NCBI GenBank assembly: GCA_002455375.1
Contig: DKKR01000101.1
Span: forward strand, 54,227-112,567
Direction of reading: 5' to 3'
Length of the DNA stretch: 58,341 bases
From: Bacteroidetes bacterium UBA6661
Lineage (GTDB): Bacteria > Bacteroidota > Bacteroidia > AKYH767-A > OLB10
In this document: piece by piece, positions 47,601-55,346 of the stretch
Layout: the number at the start of each line of letters is the position of its first letter
Numbering within the stretch: the first letter of the stretch is position 1
The notes under the pieces: generated by a model
The model's database searches: none
What the model was told of the DNA's origin: nothing
What the model saw: the letters and a program-made list of their open reading frames with translations, nothing else
Translations under genes and position numbers: made by a program

Positions 47601-48449
47601 ATAAAACTTAGGATTAAATAGCGGCATGCCATATAAAAATTCCGGAAATCGGAATGTTAACATCAGCCATTTGATGAAAACCAGAAGACTAATAATAATA
47701 AAAGACACCAATGGATTTTTCAATAACCACTGTCGTGCATAGAGATAGAAAGAAATAAGTAAGAGGAAAAATCCGGCTAAATACAATGCGGCTATGTACC
47801 ACAAGCGACCCGGATCGCTCATTATCGGATTGTATTTTATGCTGAACAGATAATTTCCATCAGAGCTGATTACAGGATATGATCCTGTAGCCGGTGAGGG
47901 TAGCAGTAAGGCATGTTCCGGAATTCCCAAAACAGGATTAAACTCATTTCGCAAGTACTTGTTTTGAAAATCGTAGCCTGCACGAATGGGTAATAGGCCA
48001 ATGATTGTAATATTTCTTCGTTGGTAGCGAAACAATTCATACCAACCGTTTTTAAGTTGAATCAGTTGCTGATTGATGCCGTTCTTAACCTGATTGTATG
48101 CAAAACTTACGGCATTGTTATCCCAATAAATTAATGAGTCGTTGAGATAAACAAAGCTATAGAAGGCACTAACCGGCTTTTGGGATGTAAGCAGGAGGCT
48201 GTCGTCAATGGCAGCATAACTTGTTTGGCGCGAAAGCATATTGCCAAGCCATTCTACATATTTGTTGGCCCGGTTTTCTTCTTCATGTAGTGTCTTTTTT
48301 GCAAAAACCGTTATCCTGATAAAGTCAAGATCGCGTTTATGCATATTCCATTCAAGAGCAATGGCAGAAAATACCAATGCCAATGAAACGATAAGCAGAA
48401 AATACCTGAAGTTGCCTTTGATCACATTCCGTAAGGTTAAACAAAACAA
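44700..48449 (-). CDS. large multi-pass membrane sensor histidine kinase (HisKA + HATPase_c)
   Basis: 1249 aa. N-terminal extracytoplasmic segment, many TM helices (aa ~215-480), a second extracytoplasmic region, a HAMP-like linker, H-box HEIKNPLTPMKL, N box NLIKNA and G box GGTGLGLAMV. Confidence 0.9.
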   Translation of the reverse strand: MFCLTLRNVIKGNFRYFLLIVSLALVFSAIALEWNMHKRDLDFIRITVFAKKTLHEEENRANKYVEWLGNMLSRQTSYAAIDDSLLLTSQKPVSAFYSFVYLNDSLIYWDNNAVSFAYNQVKNGINQQLIQLKNGWYELFRYQRRNITIIGLLPIRAGYDFQNKYLRNEFNPVLGIPEHALLLPSPATGSYPVISSDGNYLFSIKYNPIMSDPGRLWYIAALYLAGFFLLLISFYLYARQWLLKNPLVSFIIISLLVFIKWLMLTFRFPEFLYGMPLFNPKFYATSYFLNSLGDFLLSASVFCCVILFVYNYLHLRRRKIRVIRQSPTLLSIVVIGNLLFTFLFSVFINYLISGLILNSKISFNVNNVFELTFFSLIGFLIIGILLFSFYVSCEGTVKFAEYSGFSLPYNFLLFLITQGLFLVVLILFRNTEVFINYGVATFLLTNSLILFISYIRFTSRQNFSFVRYMFVIAGFSVYAAYTISSFNMVREKNNMRLLVSKVENREDLIAEYLFQEIDQKLKTDPVIISNITQGRTPLLEEKIKKRITLNAFNQAYWTRYDIQIKAFDSAGVSLFANSDTLRNVTFYDSIINTQTRPTYSHSFNYLSTNSGKIGYIGKITYPKNVGGELAGTIIIQLDSKFNQEEGGFPDLLLSEKMPASRDLSKYAYAKYENGKLIFQSGKFNYFHSAATYDRMFGLIKSDQFVTLGGFIHLFYNQDKNNLIVISYKTPQAIEQVTLFSYVFIFFSATFILIYMIWLFLANNFRLHLDFRKRIQISVIGLVVIAILLIGGGSIFYISRGYSEEQKVRIKEKLSTLMLAVESEFNDKNLTEANLTEETTLNFSRISNTLSSDFNLYDKNGRLIYSTQPKIFDKEIISRLMNRSAFDQLKNYQANGFIHDEKIGLLEYTSAYETIMNKDNKVAAYINLPYFARQNELKKEISGFLVTLINIYVLLFGIAIVITFIISNRLVKPLNLIQQKLARVKLDSSNDLLEWEGGDEIGSLVNEYNKMVNKLAKSADALAQSERETAWREMAKQVAHEIKNPLTPMKLSMQHLARAWKEKNSNFENIFEKVSRTMIEQIDSLSRIATEFSNFAKMPKGNFEKIDLIKSIQSNIDLYSEVRNVDFEFNKSNIDAEAIVNGDWEQTLRAFGNLIKNAVQAIPENQQGLITIHLTKEHKQFYISITDNGKGITEEAKQKIFTPNFTTKSGGTGLGLAMVKSIVENMQGKISFESEYGKGTTFKIELSEAE

Positions 48450-48507
48450 AAGTATTTAATCATACGAAAAATCGTCAGAATAGTTATGCTAATAAGCCTT
48501 TCAGGCC

Positions 48508-50634
48508 TTATTTGTCCGGAAAGCCTCTGCTGCGCATAAGTGCTTTAACGTCAGGGTCGTGACCTCTGAAATTACGATAGCCGGTACTTTCATCAATTGA
48601 TGCACCCACACTAAAAACATTGCGATAAAGTTTATTTGCAATATTTTTATCGTACAAGCCACCTGCTTCTGTAAATGCTTCAGTTGCATCGGCACTGATT
48701 ACATCTGACCAAAGATAACTGTAGTATCCGGCAGCATAGCCATCACTTGAAAAAATATGCCCAAACTGTGGCAGTCTGTGACGCATCACAATTTCTGAAG
48801 GCATATTCAGTGCAGCTAATGTTTCTTTTTCAAATTGGTCCGGATCAGTAACTTTATCACCCGCAAGATGTATTTTCATATCTACTAACGCACTCGACAG
48901 ATATTCTGTTGTTTCAAATCCCTGATTGAATTTTGAAGCATTATTTAATTTCTCCAGTAAACTTTGTGGAAGTGGATGACCGGTTTTGTAATGCATTGCA
49001 TACTTCTGTAATACCGTAGCCGTTGGCAACCATCGTTCAAGAACCTGTGATGGGAATTCAACATAATCTCTTGCCACATTAGTTCCGGAAATTGTTGGGT
49101 AAGTAACATCAGAACATAAACCATGCAGGGCATGACCGAATTCATGAAACAGGGTAGTGGCATCATCCCATGAAATAAGTACAGGATCATTACCTGAACC
49201 TTTTATGTAATTGCAATTGTTTGATACAATTGTTGTAACGTTTCCACTCAGTTTTTCCTGTTCGCGATAAGCAGTCATCCATGCACCCGAACGTTTTCCT
49301 GTCCGTGCATAGGGATCAAAATACCAAATTCCTTTTAACTTATGTGTCGTTTTGTCTTCAACTTTATAAACCGTTACATCAGGATGAAAAACCGGCACAT
49401 CATGAACCTGAGTAAATGAAAGATTGAATAATTCTCCTGCAACAAAAAACATTCCTTCTCTCAGTTTCTCCAACTGAAGATATTGTTTCACCTCATTCTG
49501 ATCCAAATCGTATTTTTCTTTCCTCACTTTTTCTGCATAGTAACGATAATCCCAAGGTTCAATTTTAATTCCTGCATTTTCTTTATCAGCAATTTTTTGC
49601 ATATCGGCCACTTCTTCTTTTACCCTTGCAATAGCAGCAGGCCAAACAGATTCCATTAGTTTCATAGTAGCCTCCGGAGTTTTAGCCATTTTGTCTGAAA
49701 GTTTCTGATGAGCAAACGTTGCAAATCCCATCAGTTTAGCTCTTTCGTATCGTAATTTTAATATTTCAGGAATAATTTTGTTGTTATCATTGGCATCACC
49801 ATTATCACCACGGTTTATAAACATTGTCCATACTTGCTTACGCAATTCTCTGTTGTTGGCAAAAGTTAAAAAAGGCTCAACCGCAGAACGTGTATTGGCA
49901 ATTGTCCATGTTGATTTACCACGCTCTTTTGCATTTTTTGCATAGGCTGATTTTAAGTCAGCCGGTAATCCTGCCATCTCGGATTCGTTTTTAATTTCTA
50001 TAAATTTTTCATTCTCATCAGCCAATTGATTTTTAGAAAATTGTGTAAACAAGGTTGCTAGTCGTGAATTGATAACAGCCACCTTAGCTTTATCAGCGTC
50101 ACTAAGTTTAGCACCGGCAAGGACAAAATCGTTGTAATATCGTTTTAACAACTGATGTTGTTCTACACTGTATTTTTTTCCAACGGTGTCATTACACACT
50201 TTTTCTATTCTTAAAAACAGAGGTTTATTCTGAACAATCTCATCATTAAATGCTGCAATCAGTGGTTCAATTTTCTCCTGAATAGCAGTCATGGTAGGTG
50301 TATTCAGGTTCGATGACCATATATCATAAATAGCTCTTACTCGATTTAATGTAGCTCCGGCTTTTTCCATTGCCTCAATAGTATTTTTAAAATCTGGAGC
50401 TTCTTTGTTTGACGCAATTTTCTGAAGCTCTGCCTTTTTTTCTGCAAATGCAGCTTCAAATGCAGGGATAAAATATTCTTCTTTAACTTTATCAAATGCA
50501 GGAATACCATTGTAAGGGCCTGTCCAAGGTTGTAATAATGGATTAGCTGATTGTTCTTTTAAGTCTTTGTTTTCAGCAAAAGAAGCAGAAGCTATACTCA
50601 TGATAGTAAATATTAAAATTGATTTCTTTTTCAT
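48508..50634 (-). CDS. dcp: M3 family peptidyl-dipeptidase Dcp (secreted/periplasmic)
   Basis: 708 aa with a signal peptide. Zinc motif TLFHEFGHALHG and the downstream EFPSQ block are typical of M3A Dcp/oligopeptidase A. Confidence 0.85.
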   Translation of the reverse strand: MKKKSILIFTIMSIASASFAENKDLKEQSANPLLQPWTGPYNGIPAFDKVKEEYFIPAFEAAFAEKKAELQKIASNKEAPDFKNTIEAMEKAGATLNRVRAIYDIWSSNLNTPTMTAIQEKIEPLIAAFNDEIVQNKPLFLRIEKVCNDTVGKKYSVEQHQLLKRYYNDFVLAGAKLSDADKAKVAVINSRLATLFTQFSKNQLADENEKFIEIKNESEMAGLPADLKSAYAKNAKERGKSTWTIANTRSAVEPFLTFANNRELRKQVWTMFINRGDNGDANDNNKIIPEILKLRYERAKLMGFATFAHQKLSDKMAKTPEATMKLMESVWPAAIARVKEEVADMQKIADKENAGIKIEPWDYRYYAEKVRKEKYDLDQNEVKQYLQLEKLREGMFFVAGELFNLSFTQVHDVPVFHPDVTVYKVEDKTTHKLKGIWYFDPYARTGKRSGAWMTAYREQEKLSGNVTTIVSNNCNYIKGSGNDPVLISWDDATTLFHEFGHALHGLCSDVTYPTISGTNVARDYVEFPSQVLERWLPTATVLQKYAMHYKTGHPLPQSLLEKLNNASKFNQGFETTEYLSSALVDMKIHLAGDKVTDPDQFEKETLAALNMPSEIVMRHRLPQFGHIFSSDGYAAGYYSYLWSDVISADATEAFTEAGGLYDKNIANKLYRNVFSVGASIDESTGYRNFRGHDPDVKALMRSRGFPDK

Positions 50635-50684
50635 CTCACAGTAATTAATGATTTTATATTTTGAAGTTGTATAATTCTCTTGGC

Positions 50685-50734
50685 TAAAATAGAAAAATCA
50701 AACCACACAGAATATTTATCCTCTGTGTGGTTTG
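50685..50734 (-). terminator. rho-independent terminator of the S8 peptidase gene
   Basis: Perfect 13-bp stem CAAACCACACAGA / TCTGTGTGGTTTG. On the minus strand it is followed by ATTTTTCTATTTT. Confidence 0.8.
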
Positions 50735-50761
50735 AAATATTAACTATGGTAATTTTAAAAA

Positions 50762-53608
50762 TTAATGTTGCACAGAAATTTTACCGGAATAAATTTTACC
50801 GGCACTTTCTAATTTAATCAGATAAATACCATTACTTAAGCCTGTCATGTTAACAGTCTGTATATTCATTCCTGACACTGCCTGTATGTTTTGAAGTTCA
50901 ACCACAGTTCTTCCTGTCATATCTGTCAGACTGATATTTACGGATTTCACCTGATTTTTTGCAATATAGAATGGTATGTTCAATTCGTTTCCACTGTTAG
51001 GATTTGGGTATGGATTCAGTAATTGTGTTTCTGCACTCTGAACAATATTTTCCTGAACAGAAGTTAAAATACCATCATATTTTATCTGTGCATTGGCAGC
51101 ACTTTGCTGAATGTCGCTAAGGCTGTCACCTGCTATCAATGCAAAGGCAACCGTTATGGAATCGCCACCTGCAAGATTAAATGGTCCTGAGCTTACCACC
51201 TGAATTACGTCATTACCTGCAGGCAGTGTGTTGCCTGCCTGAGCACGGCTTGTGCTTAGTGTTGTATATTTTTCAGCACTGGTAAAATCACTTGTTGCAT
51301 CCACACCACCGGCACCTCCGGTTACATTGTCAATTGCATATGAATTAAATGGTGTTGCTGTAAGCAGTTTAACGCCTGCATAAAGTCCACCATTATCTGT
51401 ACACCATGTATAACCCATTTTATTTGCGGCATCAACATCAGACTTGTTGTTGGCATAGGTTTGAATATCCCAATCGGCACAGATACCTGCATAAAGTGAA
51501 CTCAATGCATTGGTGCCGGTATTTTTAATGTGATATTCAACAATAATAAAACGCGAATTGCCGGGTGAACTCCATGCATAAGTGTTATGTCTGACTAAAA
51601 CTTTTAATCGGTTTGCAGCAGTAACATTATTATCGTTGAAATTTGTTGTCAGGTCAAACTCTGATTTTACAGACGGAATAATTGCTTTAATAGCAATTTG
51701 CTTTTGAAAGTCATCATCAAAATTTGCACCGTCACGGCAGTTGTCAGAAACAAGATTGTTGTTGCCAATCATCAACCCGCCATCATAAACCAAATTGTCA
51801 CCATTAAAATCAAAACCCAATCCAGAAACCTGATTGATGCCATAATAAAACAAACGTCCTTTGCTGGTTATGGTTGTTGCCACTTCGCTGATGTTAACAT
51901 TAATGTAATCTACATTCACTACAACAGTAAAATACTGGTTAATGATTAAGTTGCCATCAGTAAAAGAAAGTTTAAACACCACATTTGAATTTACCGGAGC
52001 TGTAGGTTTTATTTTAACTAAAAAGGGTGTGGTGGCAGTGTTGATAACATCAAGTGTTGCCATAGCACCGGGGTTGATGGTATTATTCAAAATGGTTACA
52101 CTGCTCGATACCGTTGTAAGTGTTACTGTAAGATTTGAAAGAGGTGCAAGAAGATTGAGTACATCACCTGTAATTCGTAAGGTATCACCGGCTACAAATG
52201 CAAGGTCGTTATTGTCAGACAGACTGATATTATCCATACGAACGCCTTTAGGACTTTGTGTAACTGCATTATAAAGATTTACACGTCCGGTACCTAACTT
52301 ATCAATGAAACCACTGTTGCCCGAAACGCCATAAATATTATCGGCAGTCATTCGTAGCTGCTCTGCTACCTGCATGTTGTTATAAGTCGGGAATTGTGAT
52401 TTTACAATGGCAGCGCATCCTGATGTAATCGGTGCAGACATTGAGGTTCCATCCAACGAAGCATAACTGTTGTTATAAAGGGTTGAGAAAATGTTTGAAC
52501 CCGGAGCAGCAATATCTACTGAGTAATTATAAGTAGAGAAAGATGATTTTTCATCGCTTGAATTGGTTGCTGCAACACTAAAAGCATAATTATAAGCAGC
52601 AGGATATTGTGCAATATCGGTATATGTATTTCCTGCAGAACAAACAACTAAGGCTCCTTTATTTACTGTTGCATAGGTAATGGCATCTTGACCTACGCTG
52701 CCACCTGCACTGCCACCCCATGAGCAGTTGATGATCTGGCATCCATGATCGGCAGCATAAACAATGCCTTCATAACCTCTGTCAATTGTGGTAACGGAGG
52801 TGGCATTAGCGCACTTCACAGGTAAGAACTTACAGTTAAATCCCGGTGAGGCCACGCCTGTGCCATTATTTGTTGTGGCAGCAGCACATCCGGAAACATG
52901 CGAGCCATGATCGCTCATATCCACCATTGGATTGTTGTCGTTCATACTCATATCCCAGCCACGGTAATTATCAATGTATCCGTCATTGTCATCATCCACA
53001 CCATTAATAGGGTCGGCATAATTGTATTTTATATTGTTCTGAAGGTCGGGATGATCCCAGTCTGTACCTGAGTCAACAATACCTATAACCACTGAGGTGT
53101 CGCCTTGCTGCGTGTCCCATGCACTAAAAGCCTGAATTTTTGTAAGAAACCATTGCGAGCCTATCTGTCCGTCATTCGGTGTAAAATTTGTTTTGTAGAT
53201 GTAAGATGGTTCAGCATAGACCAAAACACCCGTAGCAAGCATGGCATTAATTGATTTTTCTATAGAAGCGGAAGCATTAATCTGCGCAACATAAATTAAA
53301 CTTAAATCGGCATATAGCTGATGCATAGCATTTCTTTCTGTAGCCGGTTTTTCTTTGCCCGGAAACATTTTAACAACAGCCGTACAGCCTAAATTATTTA
53401 AAACCACATTCAGTGGTTGAATGTTTATACCGGTAGCAGTACAGAGTGAACGGTATGTATCTTTAACTTTAAAGATAACTTTTCCTTGTTGATAGTCTTC
53501 AGATGTAATACCTGCCGGAAGTGTAAAATGACCTCCTGTGTTGTTCGTGGCTGATGTAATCCATGGGGCTATCCATAAAAAGGAAAGCATGATGCAGCGT
53601 TTAAGCAT
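50762..53608 (-). CDS. S8 family subtilisin-like serine peptidase with a large C-terminal extension and a T9SS type-A CTD
   Basis: Catalytic triad blocks VGIVDSGTDWDHPDL, HGSHVSGCAA and GTSMSAPITSGCAA. C-terminal NPYPNPNSGN..GIYLIKL..KISVQH. Confidence 0.9.
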   Translation of the reverse strand: MLKRCIMLSFLWIAPWITSATNNTGGHFTLPAGITSEDYQQGKVIFKVKDTYRSLCTATGINIQPLNVVLNNLGCTAVVKMFPGKEKPATERNAMHQLYADLSLIYVAQINASASIEKSINAMLATGVLVYAEPSYIYKTNFTPNDGQIGSQWFLTKIQAFSAWDTQQGDTSVVIGIVDSGTDWDHPDLQNNIKYNYADPINGVDDDNDGYIDNYRGWDMSMNDNNPMVDMSDHGSHVSGCAAATTNNGTGVASPGFNCKFLPVKCANATSVTTIDRGYEGIVYAADHGCQIINCSWGGSAGGSVGQDAITYATVNKGALVVCSAGNTYTDIAQYPAAYNYAFSVAATNSSDEKSSFSTYNYSVDIAAPGSNIFSTLYNNSYASLDGTSMSAPITSGCAAIVKSQFPTYNNMQVAEQLRMTADNIYGVSGNSGFIDKLGTGRVNLYNAVTQSPKGVRMDNISLSDNNDLAFVAGDTLRITGDVLNLLAPLSNLTVTLTTVSSSVTILNNTINPGAMATLDVINTATTPFLVKIKPTAPVNSNVVFKLSFTDGNLIINQYFTVVVNVDYINVNISEVATTITSKGRLFYYGINQVSGLGFDFNGDNLVYDGGLMIGNNNLVSDNCRDGANFDDDFQKQIAIKAIIPSVKSEFDLTTNFNDNNVTAANRLKVLVRHNTYAWSSPGNSRFIIVEYHIKNTGTNALSSLYAGICADWDIQTYANNKSDVDAANKMGYTWCTDNGGLYAGVKLLTATPFNSYAIDNVTGGAGGVDATSDFTSAEKYTTLSTSRAQAGNTLPAGNDVIQVVSSGPFNLAGGDSITVAFALIAGDSLSDIQQSAANAQIKYDGILTSVQENIVQSAETQLLNPYPNPNSGNELNIPFYIAKNQVKSVNISLTDMTGRTVVELQNIQAVSGMNIQTVNMTGLSNGIYLIKLESAGKIYSGKISVQH

Positions 53609-53750
53609 ATAGTTTGTTTGATTTTTTTGGAGATGCGAATGTATGTAAAATGATTATGTCATTCACATTCAGTTAATAAGTGAGAGGCAAAAACAATATT
53701 AGTGCTGTACTGTTTATTTGTTGTATTGTTTCATAGGCTTAGGTTAGGTA

Positions 53751-53789
53751 CTCAGGTTGCAAAATATTTTTTGCGACCTGAGTTTTTTT
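53751..53789 (+). terminator. orphan intrinsic-terminator-like hairpin plus T7 in the leader of the LytTR regulator gene (possible attenuator or sRNA 3' end)
   Basis: 11-bp stem CTCAGGTTGCA / TGCGACCTGAG with one G-U pair and a 10-nt loop, followed by TTTTTTT. It ends 25 nt before the ATG at 53815. The upstream gene is divergent. Confidence 0.5.
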
Positions 53790-53814
53790 GTCAGATTTCT
53801 TCTACTTTTAAGCC

Positions 53815-54564
53815 ATGATAAACCTTGTGATTGTTGATGATGAAGTCAATCAGATTAATCTGATAAAAGACTGCATAGAAAATTTCTTTCCACAGATAAG
53901 AATTCTAGGCACAGCCAACTCTGTACAAGAGGCAGAAACACTCATCCGCAGCACAAAACCCGATTTGGTTTTTAGCGATATTGACATGCCGCCATACACA
54001 GGCTTCGACCTGTTGCAAAGGTTTGAAAAAATTGATTTTGGTGTTGTTTTTATCACCGGTTTTGATAAGTATGCTGTACGTGCTTTTGAAGTTGCAGCTG
54101 TTGATTATTTGGTTAAACCTGTAAGCCAAGAGGACCTTCAAAGGTCTATAAAAAAGTTTGAGGTAGAGGCAGAGCTTAAGAGATCAGCTGAAATGTTGCA
54201 GGTATTACTTCACAATCACAACGTAAGTCAAAAGGACGAAATGCACATTGCCCTTCCCAAATTTTCAGGGTTTGATGTACTCAAGTTAAAGCAGGTGATA
54301 CATATCAGAGGGGAAGGCAATTATTCCCGCTTTTTTCTTACAGACAATACAGAGCGTTTGGTCACTAAACAATTAGGCGTTTATGAAAAAGCACTCACTG
54401 ATTTTGACTTTTTTCGAATACATAAGTCATATATGGTTAACTTGTCACACGTAAAGTCTGTAAGCCACAACAATGGTGGAGAAGTAATCATGTCAAACGG
54501 AAATACCATAGAGATTGCCCGAGGCAGAAAAGAAGATTTTTTATTGAGATTAAAGCCTTTTTAA
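53815..54564 (+). CDS. LytTR-family two-component response regulator (REC + LytTR DNA-binding domain)
   Basis: REC: VDDE.., phospho-acceptor context LVFSDIDMP, ..YLVKP. LytTR: IHIRGEGNYSRFFL..FFRIHKSYMVNLSHV. Confidence 0.9.
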   Translation: MINLVIVDDEVNQINLIKDCIENFFPQIRILGTANSVQEAETLIRSTKPDLVFSDIDMPPYTGFDLLQRFEKIDFGVVFITGFDKYAVRAFEVAAVDYLVKPVSQEDLQRSIKKFEVEAELKRSAEMLQVLLHNHNVSQKDEMHIALPKFSGFDVLKLKQVIHIRGEGNYSRFFLTDNTERLVTKQLGVYEKALTDFDFFRIHKSYMVNLSHVKSVSHNNGGEVIMSNGNTIEIARGRKEDFLLRLKPF

Positions 54565-54701
54565 TAGCTACTATCTTTCGTACAACCACATCTGCATTTG
54601 ATACAAAACCATTAGGTTGTTAAATTAATTGTAATTTACTTTGAAGTCATATCCTCAACTCGGATTTGGAAATCGCCCTGAGGCTAACCCAATTGAAAAA
54701 A

Positions 54702-54736
54702 TCTGATTCCCGGTGTTAACGAATACCGGGATCAGA
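54702..54736 (-). terminator. hairpin with its U-tract only on the minus strand (orientation-discordant terminator-like element)
   Basis: Stem TCTGAT(T)CCCGGT / ACCGGGATCAGA with one bulge. The plus strand has A6 upstream, which gives T6 after the stem on the minus strand. On the plus strand the stem is followed by AAAAATTT. Confidence 0.35.
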
Positions 54737-54789
54737 AAAATTTAAACAGTGAAAAAAGTAAATATTACAAAACCGCAAAAATTAAAGAC

Positions 54790-55188
54790 ATGAAAGAGTT
54801 GAAAATGTGCCCCATAACCAAATGCGAAACCGGAGCAAAGCTTATAGGTGTAAAAATTGATAATGATATATTTGATTTTTTAAAAGAAAACATCGTTGTG
54901 GATGAAGACCTGTTTGATGTGATGACTGCAATCAGCAATCCCGAAAGGCGGTTTCGTTTTAGTAATGTTTGCTTAGAAAGCGGATGCAAGCACTGGCAGG
55001 GAGAATCGTGTGGATGTCTGCGAAAGGTGCTTAAGGATATAGAAAACCTGTCATTGAGTAAGGACACCACTTTACCACAATGCAGTATTCGCGAAAGATG
55101 CAGGTGGTTTCATCAGGAAGGACGCAGGGCCTGTGATATATGCCCACTATTGGCAATTATAGATAAAGATATGATCGAGACATCATAA
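54790..55188 (+). CDS. cysteine-rich cytoplasmic protein of unknown function (10 Cys in 132 aa)
   Basis: Balanced composition and no signal peptide. Cys at positions 7, 12, 61, 66, 74, 76, 98, 104, 115 and 118 (CxxxxC, CxxxxCx7CxC, Cx5C, CxxC). The overlapping minus-strand ORF looks like an antisense artefact. Confidence 0.6.
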   Translation: MKELKMCPITKCETGAKLIGVKIDNDIFDFLKENIVVDEDLFDVMTAISNPERRFRFSNVCLESGCKHWQGESCGCLRKVLKDIENLSLSKDTTLPQCSIRERCRWFHQEGRRACDICPLLAIIDKDMIETS

Positions 55189-55346
55189 GCTCTATTCTGT
55201 ACATAAAAATCTAAATTGTGTTTTCATTTGGTTTGTTATGCTACAAGTAGTCATGATGCTTTTTGAAATTTTTATAAATGGTTATCCTCTATAATGACAG
55301 ATTGATTTTTTATCTTTACACTGCAATTTTAAATAAGCCATAACCA

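Noticed and set aside
54765-55070. 101-aa minus-strand ORF overlapping the Cys-rich gene
   Set aside because: The translation is Ser/Leu-rich and typical of an antisense frame, while the plus-strand ORF has balanced composition. I kept only the possibility of a non-coding antisense transcript, reported as a finding.
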